64,000 nucleotides of DNA from Solirubrobacterales bacterium. GTDB taxonomy: Bacteria > Actinomycetota > Thermoleophilia > Solirubrobacterales > Solirubrobacteraceae. Positions 1 to 9,900 of this stretch are shown here, piece by piece. The number at the start of each line of letters is the position of its first letter. Positions within the stretch are counted from its first letter, which is position 1. The DNA lies in contig JBBQEV010000002.1 in the NCBI GenBank assembly GCA_038321325.1, positions 26,127-90,126 on the forward strand, read 5' to 3'. The notes beneath the pieces are model-generated. The model ran no database searches and was not told the origin of the DNA. It worked only from the letters and a program-made list of their open reading frames with translations. The translations under genes and the position numbers were made by a program.

Positions 1-291
1 TCAGCGTCGTTTGCCCTACCACCGGCTAGCGCATCCTCGTCCAGCTACGTGAGATGTGCACCAGTCCAGGTCGATTACGGCGCCCTCGGCGTTGCGAGCG
101 TGAGCCAGCGCAACACTTCTTGTCGGTTCGCTCGAGACTTCGTGCGACGCAATCCGAACGGAGGGTTGTGCAGTTCGGCAACCACCTCGGTCAAGGGTTG
201 GCGCAAGACCTACACCAGCGTCGGAGAATCCAGCACTCTCACGCTGCGCAAGGGCTCAAAGGCGATTCGCACCAACGTCTGTAGCACCTGA
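1..291 (+). CDS. Small secreted-type Cys-containing hypothetical protein, 5'-partial
   Basis: Frame 1 is open from base 1 (SASFALPPASASSSSYVRC...NVCST*). It has an Ala/Ser-rich signal-like segment and 4 Cys. Confidence 0.5.
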   Translation, partial: SASFALPPASASSSSYVRCAPVQVDYGALGVASVSQRNTSCRFARDFVRRNPNGGLCSSATTSVKGWRKTYTSVGESSTLTLRKGSKAIRTNVCST

Positions 292-639
292 AACTCGAAG
301 AGGGGCCTTGCACAGCCCCGGTATCCGTCACGAGCGCCTACCGGGAGTAATGACGTCCACCGCGCGGCGGAGCCCGTGAACGACCCCACGTCCTGACCCG
401 ACAAAGTCGCGCCGTGTCCTGCACAACTCGTGCCCCTCCCGCTACTTGTCGGCCCCCGCCAGGGGACACAGGCCAGTTCGGGCAAAATTACTGGGGACCA
501 TGTGGTATCCAGAGTGCGGTGAGTTCGGGGCCGTGTTGGGACTTGATCTCTTGTTGGGGGGAGGCAGTTCAATCCCGAAGGGCCGGTATCGCTCAGAGCC
601 CGCGGAGCGCGCTGAGCAGAGTGATCTTCGATCTCGCAG

Positions 640-1060
640 CTAACAGAGCCAGCAAAGATCGCCGGTGAGGTTGTCCCGAGAGGCAACGACGAACGTCTCC
701 ACTCCGAACATCGAACCTGTGTGGCCGTAGACCTCGCCACACGAGGTCGCATACTTCGCAATCCCGAGCCCGTAACCGGGAGCGAAACCGCGGCTCGAGC
801 GGAATGCAGCTGTGAGCGTAGCTGTGAGGGTCGCTGTCGACCGGGGATGAGCGCACCGTCGAGCATTGCGCGGCCGAAGCGCGCGAGCTCCGGCGCGGTC
901 GAGACGAGATCTCCGGCGCCGCGGAAGATCGAGCCCCGGACCTCTGTGGCGTCGATCGCCCCTGCCTGCGTGGTGAGGAACCCGTGCATGCCGCGCGGGC
1001 CCAAGGGAGCGTCGACGGCGCGTGTACCCCGCAGGCTCAGCGGACGCGTGGTCCACGCGT
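640..1060 (-). pseudogene. Fragment of a serine hydrolase / D-Ala-D-Ala carboxypeptidase (beta-lactamase-like), frameshifted
   Basis: GAGDLVSTAPELARFGRAMLDG is in one frame and YGLGI...YGHTGS in another. There is no N-terminal SxxK region. Confidence 0.6.
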
Positions 1061-1129
1061 GCTCGGGCTCCTCGCGACACGTGAGCACCGCATGGCCGCA
1101 GTAGGCGCAGATCCCTTCTGTCGGCGGCG

Positions 1130-1569
1130 TCATCCGGTGCGCTGCTCGAGGTGGCGGGGCGAAAGGCGGCGATCGCGTCCGCCGTCAGATCCGTCGTGGT
1201 GGGTGGCCGGTCGAGCTCGCCTCGCAGCCAGTCGCCGAAGGTGCGGTAAATCGACGCGTACTGCCGCCGCGTGGCCGGCGACGCCGCCCGAGCAGCCAGG
1301 CGCTCCCCGGCCAGGTAAAGGTTCTTCCACGCGCGCCCACGCGTGCAAGAGCCGGTGACAGCTCGAGCCCGGTCTCCGCGGCTGAGCTCGTCGACGCGGC
1401 CGACCCCGGCGAGGCGATCGAGCTGGGGGAGCACCGCGGCCGCCGTGGCGGTGGAGGGCTCAGGTCCACCCTCGGCGACAACGCCGAGGTGCGGACGGGC
1501 GCCGCCGTCGAGCGTCAGCTGCAGCTCGCTGCCGGGCCCGACCAGGGGCAGGGTCTCCCCCATGCTCAT
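1130..1569 (-). pseudogene. N-terminal (core-binding) fragment of a tyrosine recombinase/integrase
   Basis: SPATRRQYASIYRTFGDWL...DLTADAIAAF, then a frameshift to RHLEQ. The catalytic domain is absent. Confidence 0.5.
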
Positions 1570-1842
1570 GCTCGGCCGCGCTCACGCAACGAGGCGACTA
1601 CCGCCGGGAGATCGCCGCGAGCAGAATCGCGCTGAACCAGCTCTCACGTACATGACCGCCGACAGGAGGTCGAGTGGCCTATCTCGGAAACCGGGCATCT
1701 CGGGTGACGATAACCACCCGAACGGACGTTCCCCACAAGCGGTGCGGGCCAGGCCCGGCCCGGCCCGGCCCGGGTCGGCTATCGCCGCGGCGGCGTGTCT
1801 CGGGTGCGTTTAGCGGGGATAACGCACCGGTCGACTCGGGCC

Positions 1843-2691
1843 TCATGGCACCTTTGCCTGATGACGCAAGGGCAAGGATCGCGGGCGTGCAGCAGGACTG
1901 AGGGAGGGCCGGGCGATCGCCGAGGCGGGCCGCGCCAAGTGGGGCGGGGGTGCCGGAAGAACGGCACCTCCGCTGGGTACGATCGCCGCAGAGCGTCGCC
2001 ACCTCAGCCGCCGGTCGATCAGCCCCGAGACGACTTCGGCGACCTCGGCGACCGTCATCCGGGTAGTGTCCACGAGCACCTGATCGGCTTGTAGGTCGGG
2101 CAGGAGCCGGGCGTCGTCGTGCCAGATCGGTCGTAGGCCTGCCGCGGCGAGCTGCCGTGCCTTGCGGTCGGTGCGGACGCTGCGGTCGGCCGTTAGCTGG
2201 AGCTGGAGGGCGGCGTCGGGGACCAAGCGAGACGCCGCCTGACGGCCGCTGACGGCGGCCGCTCGGCCGTGAAGCTCCCCGCGGACTAGCTGCTCGACCC
2301 ACAGCACCGCCATCGGGTCAACGGACGTCGCCGTGATCGCAGGCCCAAGCGAGCCGGAGAAGACTCGCTGGCGCATCGGCAGTCCGGCAACCTCCAGCTC
2401 TGACGCCGCGAGCTGCGAGCTGCCCGGCGCGACGAATAGGATCTGACCGCACCCATCTCGTCGGGCCAGTTCGACGACGGCGTCGGCGACCGACAGGCGG
2501 TGCCGCTCGGCCCACCACGCGACGGTACGGACGATCGGACCGGCCTCGACGGCCAGACAGTCGTAGCGCTGCCTCAGGGCCAGCAGCAGGCTCGTCTTAC
2601 CGCTGCCGCTCGGCCCGTCGACGGTCACGACCTGGTCAAAACCGGCCACGGAGCGCCTTTCGCCGTCGTCCGGCAGCGTCCTGCGCGACAT
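1843..2691 (-). CDS. Cytidylate kinase-like P-loop NMP kinase (divergent)
   Basis: VVTVDGPSGSGKT P-loop, GRQAASRLVPDA (compare Cmk GRDIGTVVFPDA), LTADRSVRTDR and VDTT. A GGAG RBS lies upstream. Confidence 0.75.
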   Translation of the reverse strand: MSRRTLPDDGERRSVAGFDQVVTVDGPSGSGKTSLLLALRQRYDCLAVEAGPIVRTVAWWAERHRLSVADAVVELARRDGCGQILFVAPGSSQLAASELEVAGLPMRQRVFSGSLGPAITATSVDPMAVLWVEQLVRGELHGRAAAVSGRQAASRLVPDAALQLQLTADRSVRTDRKARQLAAAGLRPIWHDDARLLPDLQADQVLVDTTRMTVAEVAEVVSGLIDRRLRWRRSAAIVPSGGAVLPAPPPHLARPASAIARPSLSPAARPRSLPLRHQAKVP

Positions 2692-2770
2692 GTCGCTCCA
2701 AGGCTACCTGGCCGGCGGCGGCCTCTCGCGACGGCCGGTCCCGTCCGACAACGGGCGTACGGTCCGCGGC

Positions 2771-3073
2771 ATGCACGAGACGTCCGACGGACGGATTGAC
2801 CAGCTTGCCGCCAAGGTTGAGCGCTCGGACTCCGGTGAGCTGTATCACCGGTGGCCTGAGCCGCTGAGGCGCTTGCTCGTCCGACGCTTCCACCAAGCGT
2901 TCGCCGCAGCCGACCGTGAGCGCGTGTTCGCTCGGGTGCAGGAGCGTCGCTCCGCCCGCCGGGACGTCGCCGATCGCGAGGCCCGTCTCGCCAGGAGGTC
3001 GGCGCGCACGCTGCTTGATCCCCCTGAATCGGCGCAGCTCAAGACCCGAAGCGCCGATCCAGGAAGGGCTTGA
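2771..3073 (+). CDS. Small helical hypothetical protein
   Basis: ATG at 2771 gives a 100-aa charged, helical-looking ORF divergent from the kinase. No family recognised. Confidence 0.35.
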   Translation: MHETSDGRIDQLAAKVERSDSGELYHRWPEPLRRLLVRRFHQAFAAADRERVFARVQERRSARRDVADREARLARRSARTLLDPPESAQLKTRSADPGRA

Positions 3074-4391
3074 CGAGCCGCACGACGGGGCTCCCGCCGA
3101 CGACCGCGGCCACGGCCAGCAGCGCAGCGATGATCGTCGGTGCCCCAGGTGCCAGGAGGGCAGCGGCGGCCACGACGATTGCGCCGGTGCCTGCGATGCC
3201 CAGCCGGACCTTTAGGGGCGCTTTTGTGTCGGCAGGCGTCGTTGACGCACCCTGGGTCGCCGTGGCCACGGCCGTCGAACGTCCTCGTCTCTGGTCGGCC
3301 AAGAACACGCTCAGCAGCCGTGCCGCCCAGAGCTGGTCGACGGTGCCTTCCTGCCCGTTCTGAACCTGAAAGCCACGTAGCCCGGACGCGTGGCCGTGGC
3401 CGCCATTGATCGACTCGGTGACCGCCTCGACGACCCTGATGGCAAAGGGGGCGACCGGGCGCTCGCCCGCGCGGCGCTGGAACAGGAAAAGGGAGACGAC
3501 GATCTCTGGGCTGAGGAACATGTAGTCGGTGTTCTCGCCGTCGCTGTAGCTGCGAAAGTAGGGCCGGTCGATGATCAGTGGGCGGTCGTCGGTGGCCCAT
3601 TCGGCCGACAGGGCGTCGCACTCGACCAGACCGGCCCGCACCCTGTTGTCGTCGGCGATGTCGCCTTGGCCGCCATCGAGCGCCAGGCCGCACAGCGCGA
3701 CAACGTCCGGGCCGAGCTTGCGGTCGGCGGCCACGCTCTCGGCCAGGTACCGGTAGGCGCGCACAATGTCGTTTCGCCGGTGCAGGTTGGGGAGCCGTCG
3801 CAGGGCCAGCAGTGCAAAGGCGGTGACGAGCAGCCGGTCATGGATGGTGCGCAGGTCGTCACCCTCATGTCGGGTGCTCCATCCGGGGTCCTCGGGCAGC
3901 TGGAGCTCCAGCAGCCGGTCGACGAGCGCCCGGGTGCCTCCGATCTCGGTGAAGTTCGGTGACAGCGCGTCAATGCAGAAGGCCAGCTTCATGGGCGCCT
4001 GGAAGTCGCGCAGCTTCAGCGGGTCCTCCTCCCCGACGGGGGGCGGGTCGGCCAGCTGGGCGGGGAACAGGTCGGCGACGTTGTGGACAGCCTGCAACTG
4101 CTCGAAGTCCTGGCCGTCGCCGTGCTCAGCGTGGGCGATCGCCAGGACCTGGAGGGCTGCGGACGTGCCGAAGCGTCCCCAGTGCTCCTTATGGTGCGAG
4201 GGCTCGTCGAGCCACTGCCCCCAGGCGTGCCCGGACAGGTGATTGACCGGCACCTTGCGGGCGGTGACGAGGCTGCGCAGGCTCAGTAGCGCTGTCCGGG
4301 AAGCGAGCACCATGGCCGCCAGGTCGACCGCCTCATCGGACTCATCCTGTTTGCCGCGGACGCGGCGCACGATCGCGCGTGGGCCGTTCAC
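3039..4391 (-). CDS. Hypothetical protein with an alpha/alpha-toroid (prenyltransferase/terpene-cyclase repeat-like) body and two C-terminal TM helices
   Basis: LLELQLPEDPGW resembles a QxxDGGW repeat; TAFALLAL and GTSAALQVL helices; C-terminal hydrophobic hairpin. The start is uncertain (GTG 4391 or ATG 4313). Confidence 0.6.
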   Translation of the reverse strand: MNGPRAIVRRVRGKQDESDEAVDLAAMVLASRTALLSLRSLVTARKVPVNHLSGHAWGQWLDEPSHHKEHWGRFGTSAALQVLAIAHAEHGDGQDFEQLQAVHNVADLFPAQLADPPPVGEEDPLKLRDFQAPMKLAFCIDALSPNFTEIGGTRALVDRLLELQLPEDPGWSTRHEGDDLRTIHDRLLVTAFALLALRRLPNLHRRNDIVRAYRYLAESVAADRKLGPDVVALCGLALDGGQGDIADDNRVRAGLVECDALSAEWATDDRPLIIDRPYFRSYSDGENTDYMFLSPEIVVSLFLFQRRAGERPVAPFAIRVVEAVTESINGGHGHASGLRGFQVQNGQEGTVDQLWAARLLSVFLADQRRGRSTAVATATQGASTTPADTKAPLKVRLGIAGTGAIVVAAAALLAPGAPTIIAALLAVAAVVGGSPVVRLVKPFLDRRFGS

Positions 4392-4455
4392 CAGCGTTGC
4401 CCTCGCGACGAGGACCGGTGTCGGTAGCGGTCCTCGCGTGTTGTCAGCGCGGCGC

Positions 4456-4860
4456 TCAAGCCGGCGGCCGTCGTGATGCGGCGAGGTAGTTGCGGGCTGC
4501 GTCGAAGTCGACGACGACGGTGACGGCCGCCATGTGGTGAAAGACATGCTCGACCGTGCCGACCAGGACAATGGGCAGGCCGCGCTCGATGGCGACTCCG
4601 AGCTCGGTGTGGCGACCACCGCGGCCTCCGACCCGCGGGCCGGTCAGCGCGACGAGGAATTCGCTGGAGCGAAGATCTGCCAAGTCGCGCTGCGCACGGC
4701 TGGCCTCGTCGCCCGTCGCCCGTCGGGAGTATGATTCAAGCCACCGGCTGGTCACTTGGTGCCCGTCGTCCCGCAGATCGGCGGCGAAGGCGCAGAGCGT
4801 CACGGCCTCCCTGGTCGGCCCGGACAGGTAGACCCGCCAGGTCCCCTCCTTAGCGGTCAT
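4456..4860 (-). CDS. Nucleoside 2-deoxyribosyltransferase-like (NDT / nucleotide N-glycosidase) protein
   Basis: VYLSGP...DLADLRSSEFLV...GGRHTELGVA keeps the catalytic Glu. ATGA overlap with the upstream gene's stop. Confidence 0.8.
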   Translation of the reverse strand: MTAKEGTWRVYLSGPTREAVTLCAFAADLRDDGHQVTSRWLESYSRRATGDEASRAQRDLADLRSSEFLVALTGPRVGGRGGRHTELGVAIERGLPIVLVGTVEHVFHHMAAVTVVVDFDAARNYLAASRRPPA

Positions 4861-5510
4861 GCGACCTGCGAGTCGACCCTGGCGTCCAGGACGGCGCGTG
4901 CAGCGTCGAGGTCTCGGTGCGCCGGACGTGTACGCCAGTCGGCCAGCTCAGGGCGGCGTTGCTCGGCAGCGACGACAGCGCGCAGGAACTGGCGTGGCAC
5001 CCGCCCCGTGACCGCTGCGACCTGGCAAGTGGCGTCGGGCTGCTCGACATAGAGGTACTGGCCCTCGGCACGCGACAGCCGTGCGGCAGCCTGGGAGGAG
5101 GCGAATCGCTCGACTTGCAGCGCGGGCATCCAGCGGCTTAGATCGATGGTGCCCTGACCTGGGAACACGAGCCGGTGGGCGTGCAGGCAGTGCGGGTCGT
5201 GGCGGTCAAGGACGGATGACACGCAGGCCGCGACTCGGCCGTGCTCGGTCACCAGCGCTGTGGAGGCGAACGCGCGGAGGCGCTCGCGGACTATCGCAGT
5301 GAAGTCCTCCAGCTCGACCAGCCGGTCCTCGTCGAGGTCGAACATGCTGGTCTCGTGCCGTCTGGTGGCGATCACCGTATACCCGCGGCCGATTGGCCCG
5401 AGCCCAAGGACCGCGCGAAAGGAGGTTGACTCCGCCCAGGTCCACCCCGGCTCTGGGGAGCACAGGAAGCACCCGCGGCGCGATCCGGGATCACCGACGG
5501 TCACACGCAC
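4857..5510 (-). CDS. HIT-superfamily hydrolase, Cwf19/CwfJ-C-like
   Basis: CFLC, LGPIGRGY, TEHG, HCLHAHRL (HIT-like), YLY and PRQFLR...DWR. The ORF is open to 5678; the likely start is GTG 5510. Confidence 0.75.
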   Translation of the reverse strand: MRVTVGDPGSRRGCFLCSPEPGWTWAESTSFRAVLGLGPIGRGYTVIATRRHETSMFDLDEDRLVELEDFTAIVRERLRAFASTALVTEHGRVAACVSSVLDRHDPHCLHAHRLVFPGQGTIDLSRWMPALQVERFASSQAAARLSRAEGQYLYVEQPDATCQVAAVTGRVPRQFLRAVVAAEQRRPELADWRTRPAHRDLDAARAVLDARVDSQVA

Positions 5511-6112
5511 AGGTTCTACGCCCCTTCGAACGCTCCTGCCAACATCCGGACCGCGCCGCCCGAAGCCTTCTGCGCCAGATGGTTCCGCCGATCTCGCTGG
5601 TCGTGCCAGCTCAGCTAGGTACGACGGCATTCGGGATGAGTCTAAGTTCTTTGGCTGCCAGCTCGATGGCGGTGACAACTACACGTCGGTTGGCCCCTGA
5701 CATCTCGAGCTGGGACCTCGAGCTCGTCGCGGCGCCCGCGGGGACCTACGGAGTAAAGCGTCGTCGCCCTCCCAGAACCCGCAGAGCACCCCGCTGCTCG
5801 CGCCGCGGCAGCTCGGCGAATGGCAGCTCGTCATGCGCATGGTCAGCCAGGTCCTCGCCCGCCGGCATCGACGCCGAAGCGGCGGCGGCACGAGCGGTCG
5901 CAGCAGCCAGCCAGGCAAGCAGCGCGCGCGGCGCCGCCCTCCCCCTCCCGGCCCGACCGCAGCTCGGCGCCCCTGGGCACTGCGGCCGCGGCGGCGAGCC
6001 CGCGCAAGCCGAGCTCGGGGCGGGCCGTTGCCTGCGCGACGACGGCAGCGCGTTAGTCGCTGCCCGAGCCCCATGCCAGATCCGCCCCGCCCTGCGCCGG
6101 TAGCGTCGCCTG

Positions 6113-6976
6113 ATGCCTTCCCCTTCGGACGTGGTCAAGGCCCATCTCGTGGACCTTGTAAAGACGGCAGTCGGCGTCGACGTCGCCGCGCACTTCCCTG
6201 GCGGAACGCACACCCGCCGCTTCGCCGACAACCTGCTGGCGAGCTTTCCCGCCTGGCAGGTCGATGAGCTCAAGGGCCAGCTCGCCGCCGGCGGCGGCAG
6301 TGAGCTCACCTCGAACGAGAACGGCAAGCGCCGGGCGCACGCCCCCTACTCCTCGGCCGCGCTCGCCTTCAACGCGTTCGGGCGCTGGCTCGGCGATGAG
6401 CCCCAGCTCTCCGTGGCCGGCCTGACCGGGTTCACCGACCGGCTCCGCGTCGAAGGCAAAGCGAAGATCCGCCACGGCGGCGGCACCGCGAACCTCGACG
6501 TGCTGCTGACGGGTCCCGGGCTCACGGTGGGCGTCGAATCCAAGCTCACCGAGACCCTCAGCGAACACGATCCCGTCCCATGGGCCACCGCATACAAGAC
6601 GCCCGAGATGCGCGAGCTCCTCGACGAGAAATGGGCGCCCGTTCTTGACGCCTCCATCTCCAAGGCTTGGCAACCCAAGCACCTCGGGCTGGAGCAGATC
6701 GTCAAGCACGTGCTCGGCCTCAACAGCCAGTACCCCGCCAACACGCGGCGCCTCGTCTACGTCTACTGGGAGCCGCTCAACGCCGAGAATGTCGACGTCG
6801 TCATGAAGCACCGATCGGAGCTGGCCGAGCTCCGTCGCCGGGTGGCCGAGGCGAGCACCGAACTTCATGCCGTCAGCTACGCCGAGCTTCTCGACGAGTG
6901 GGCCGGACTCGACGGCCCGGGTTGGCTCCCAGATCACGTGGAGCGCCTCCGGGCCAGGTACGAGTTCGCGATCTAG
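6113..6976 (+). CDS. PD-(D/E)XK putative restriction endonuclease (PGN_0703-like)
   Basis: SSAALAFNAF and NLDVLL...VGVESKLTE nuclease core; QIVKH. Confidence 0.7.
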   Translation: MPSPSDVVKAHLVDLVKTAVGVDVAAHFPGGTHTRRFADNLLASFPAWQVDELKGQLAAGGGSELTSNENGKRRAHAPYSSAALAFNAFGRWLGDEPQLSVAGLTGFTDRLRVEGKAKIRHGGGTANLDVLLTGPGLTVGVESKLTETLSEHDPVPWATAYKTPEMRELLDEKWAPVLDASISKAWQPKHLGLEQIVKHVLGLNSQYPANTRRLVYVYWEPLNAENVDVVMKHRSELAELRRRVAEASTELHAVSYAELLDEWAGLDGPGWLPDHVERLRARYEFAI

Positions 6977-9900
6977 ATCGCGGCTGTGGTGCTGCCTTCG
7001 TCGCGGTAGCGGTCGTAGAGCACGCGCATCGCGAGGTACGTCGTGCGCAAGCGGAAGTCTTCGTCGTCGAGGACGCCCTTGAAGAAGTCCGCTGAGGCCT
7101 GGCCGGCGTCGAGGGCGCCGTCGATCACGAACGGCTCCTTGCCGCGGACGAAGTCGTCGAACTCGTTGGTGGCGGCCTGAGGGCGGAGCGTCCCGGCTTG
7201 CTCGCGGTCGATGTGGTCGATCAGCGCTTGGGCCGGGTGGATCGCGTCGGCGTCTGAGAGCGTTCCGCCAAACCGCTGGTTGAAGAGCTCGACGAGCTCG
7301 GCGAGCAGGCTCATCGGGATGTCTCCGCCGGGGCCGCGCCCTGTGCCGTCGCCGCCGATCGCGCTGCCGGGCTCGACGTCTTCCCCGGTGAGCTTCAGCG
7401 CCTGGGTGGCGACCTCGGTCAGTCGGTAGTGAGAGAGGCTGACGTCGACTGACAGGCCGCCGTCGACGCGGCGCTCACGCAGCCGCGGGGCGAGGTAGCG
7501 GGCGAACGCGAAGAGCTTCTCGCTGTCGGCGGTGAGGTACGGGGCGACCTGGGAGAGGAAGGAGTAGAACCGGACGAACCGATCGAGATCGTCGCGGAGC
7601 TCGTCGAGGTCATCGTCTTCAAAGTCGCCGGCCCGGTCGTAGGCGGCCTGCGTGCGACCGGACAGCACCGAGTGGTCGGGGTTGCCGCCCTCGACGAACC
7701 ATGCCTCCGCGAACGCCTCGACCTCAGCGGGGTAAATGACGCCGCCGTCGAGCAGTTTCTGCTGGGCGTCGAACAGGACATTCGGGTCGGTCGGGATCGC
7801 CTCAGTGCGCCCGTAGAAAGGCTCGAAATCCTTGCGGATCTGCTCGGCGTCGTTGACGAAGTCGAGGATGAACGTCTCGGTCTTCAGCGGGTGCGTTCGG
7901 TTCAGCCGCGACAGCGTCTGAACGGTGTTGACGCCGGACAGCTTCTTGTCGACGTACATCGCCACGAGCTTCGGCTGATCGAAGCCGGTCTGGTACTTCT
8001 CCGCGACGATCAGGACCCCGTACTCGGGCTTCTCGAACTCCGCCGGCAGCGCCTTCTCCGGCAGCGGCTTCCCGGCGACCTGATTCATCGTCGGCTCGGT
8101 GTACTCCTCCCCGAGGTTCTCCGCCGCGGGGTGCGTGATCTCGACCTCACCGGAGAACGCCACGAGCGTCTTGCTGTGCGAGCCGCGCTTGGTGATCTCC
8201 TTGTCCAGCGCGAGCTTCCACTGCACCGCCTCCTCACGGCTCGCGGTGACCACCATCGCTTTCGCCTGGCCGGCCATGTGCGCCCGCACGACGTTGTCGT
8301 AGTGATCGAGCACCACCACGGCCTTCTGCGCCTTCAGGTACGGGTGGAACTTCGCGAACCGCGCCAACACGCCGCCGGCCTTGTCCTTCGGAATCTCCAC
8401 CACCTTCCGAGCGCGGTCCTCAAGCCGTAGGAGCTCCTCGTAGGTGGTGTAGTTCCGCAGCACGTCGACGATGAAGTCCTCCTCGATCGCCTGCCGCATC
8501 GAGTACGTGTGGAACGCATGCTTGTTCCCGTCCGGGCCGACGGTCCCGAACACCTCGTTCGTCCTGGGCTTCGGCGTAGCCGTGAACGCGAAGAACGACA
8601 GGTTCGGCTGCACTCCACGCGCCGCGAGACGACGCAGCACCTCAGGCACGCCGTCCTCCTGCTCGTCCTCCTCCACCGGCCGATTGCCGAGCACGGCCTT
8701 GAGGTCGACCGCCGACTCCCCGGTCTGGGAGGAGTGCGCCTCGTCGACGATGACCGCGTACGTGCGGTCCTTCAGCTTGGAGTCCTTGCCGACCAGCTGC
8801 GCCAGCACGAACGGGAACTTCTGCACCGTCGAGATGATCACCCGTGCCTGCTCGCCCTCTAACGCCTCGCGCAGCTGCGCAGATGACTCGTTGATCTCAC
8901 GCACCGCGCCCGGCACCTGCTCGAACGCCTTGACCTGCGCCTGCAACTGACGGTCGAGGACTTGCCGGTCGGTGATCACGATCACCTTCTCGAACACCGG
9001 CTTCTTGTCGTCGCCGTGCAACGTCGAGAGGTCGTGCGCCAGCCAGGCGATCTCCTTGCTCTTCCCCGACCCGGCTGAGTGCTGGATCAAGTAGCTGTGG
9101 CCGGCGCCGTGAACGCGGGCGTGCGCCGCGCACTGCCGCACGACGTCCCACTGATGGAAGCGCGGGAAGACCGTCGCCGGCCGCCCCTTCTTCGCCTTGC
9201 CGGCCGCCGGCGCCTCGACGAACACGAACTTCTCAAGCAGCTCCATCCACGAGTCACGCTCCCACACCGACCGCCACACATACGACGACGGATGCCCCCC
9301 GGCCTCATCCGCAGGGTTCCCCGCACCACCCGGCTGCCCCGCGCCGTTGGAGCCGCGGTTGAACGGCAGGAACCGCGTCCTAGTGCCGTCCAGGCGGGTC
9401 GTCATGTACGCGAGCTCAGCGTCGAGCGCGAAGTGCACCAGCGCGCGCCGGCCCAGCAGCACGTTGGCCCCGGGCCGGTCCTCGCGGTACTGCCGGATTG
9501 CGTCGTCGACGGTCTGGCCCGTCCAGCGGTTCTTGAGCTCCGCCGTCGCCGTCGGCAGCCCGTTGACGAACAGCACAAGGTCAAGACTGTCGCCCTTAGC
9601 CGCGTCGAAGCGGACCTGACGGACGATCCGAAGCCGGTTAGCCTCGTACAGCACCCGAGCCGTCGGCTCGACCTCCAAGTCCGGCTCGAAGTACGCCAGC
9701 CGCAGCTGCACGCCCTTCTCCGTCAGCCCCGACCGCAGCACCTCCACCGTGCCTCGTCGGTCCATCTGCGCCGCTGCCCGCTTCAGCAGCGACACCGTCG
9801 CGATGTGTTCGGAGCCTCCGAGCGCCACGAGCTTGTCCCACGCCTTGCCCTGCGTGTCCCGGACGAACGCCGCCATGTCCTCCGGGTACAGGCCGAGCTC

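Noticed and set aside
300-640. Less GC-rich non-coding stretch as an att site or RNA
   Set aside because: No repeat partner, tRNA motif or convincing structure found by eye.
1745-1775. GGCCC pentamer run
   Set aside because: A short simple repeat, expected at this GC content.
4392-4619. N-terminal extension of the 526-aa ORF
   Set aside because: It overlaps the well-supported NDT gene on the same strand; the real start is probably downstream.
5679-6110. Overlapping ORFs between the HIT gene and the nuclease
   Set aside because: Low-complexity translations with no recognisable motif or RBS; no frame can be supported.
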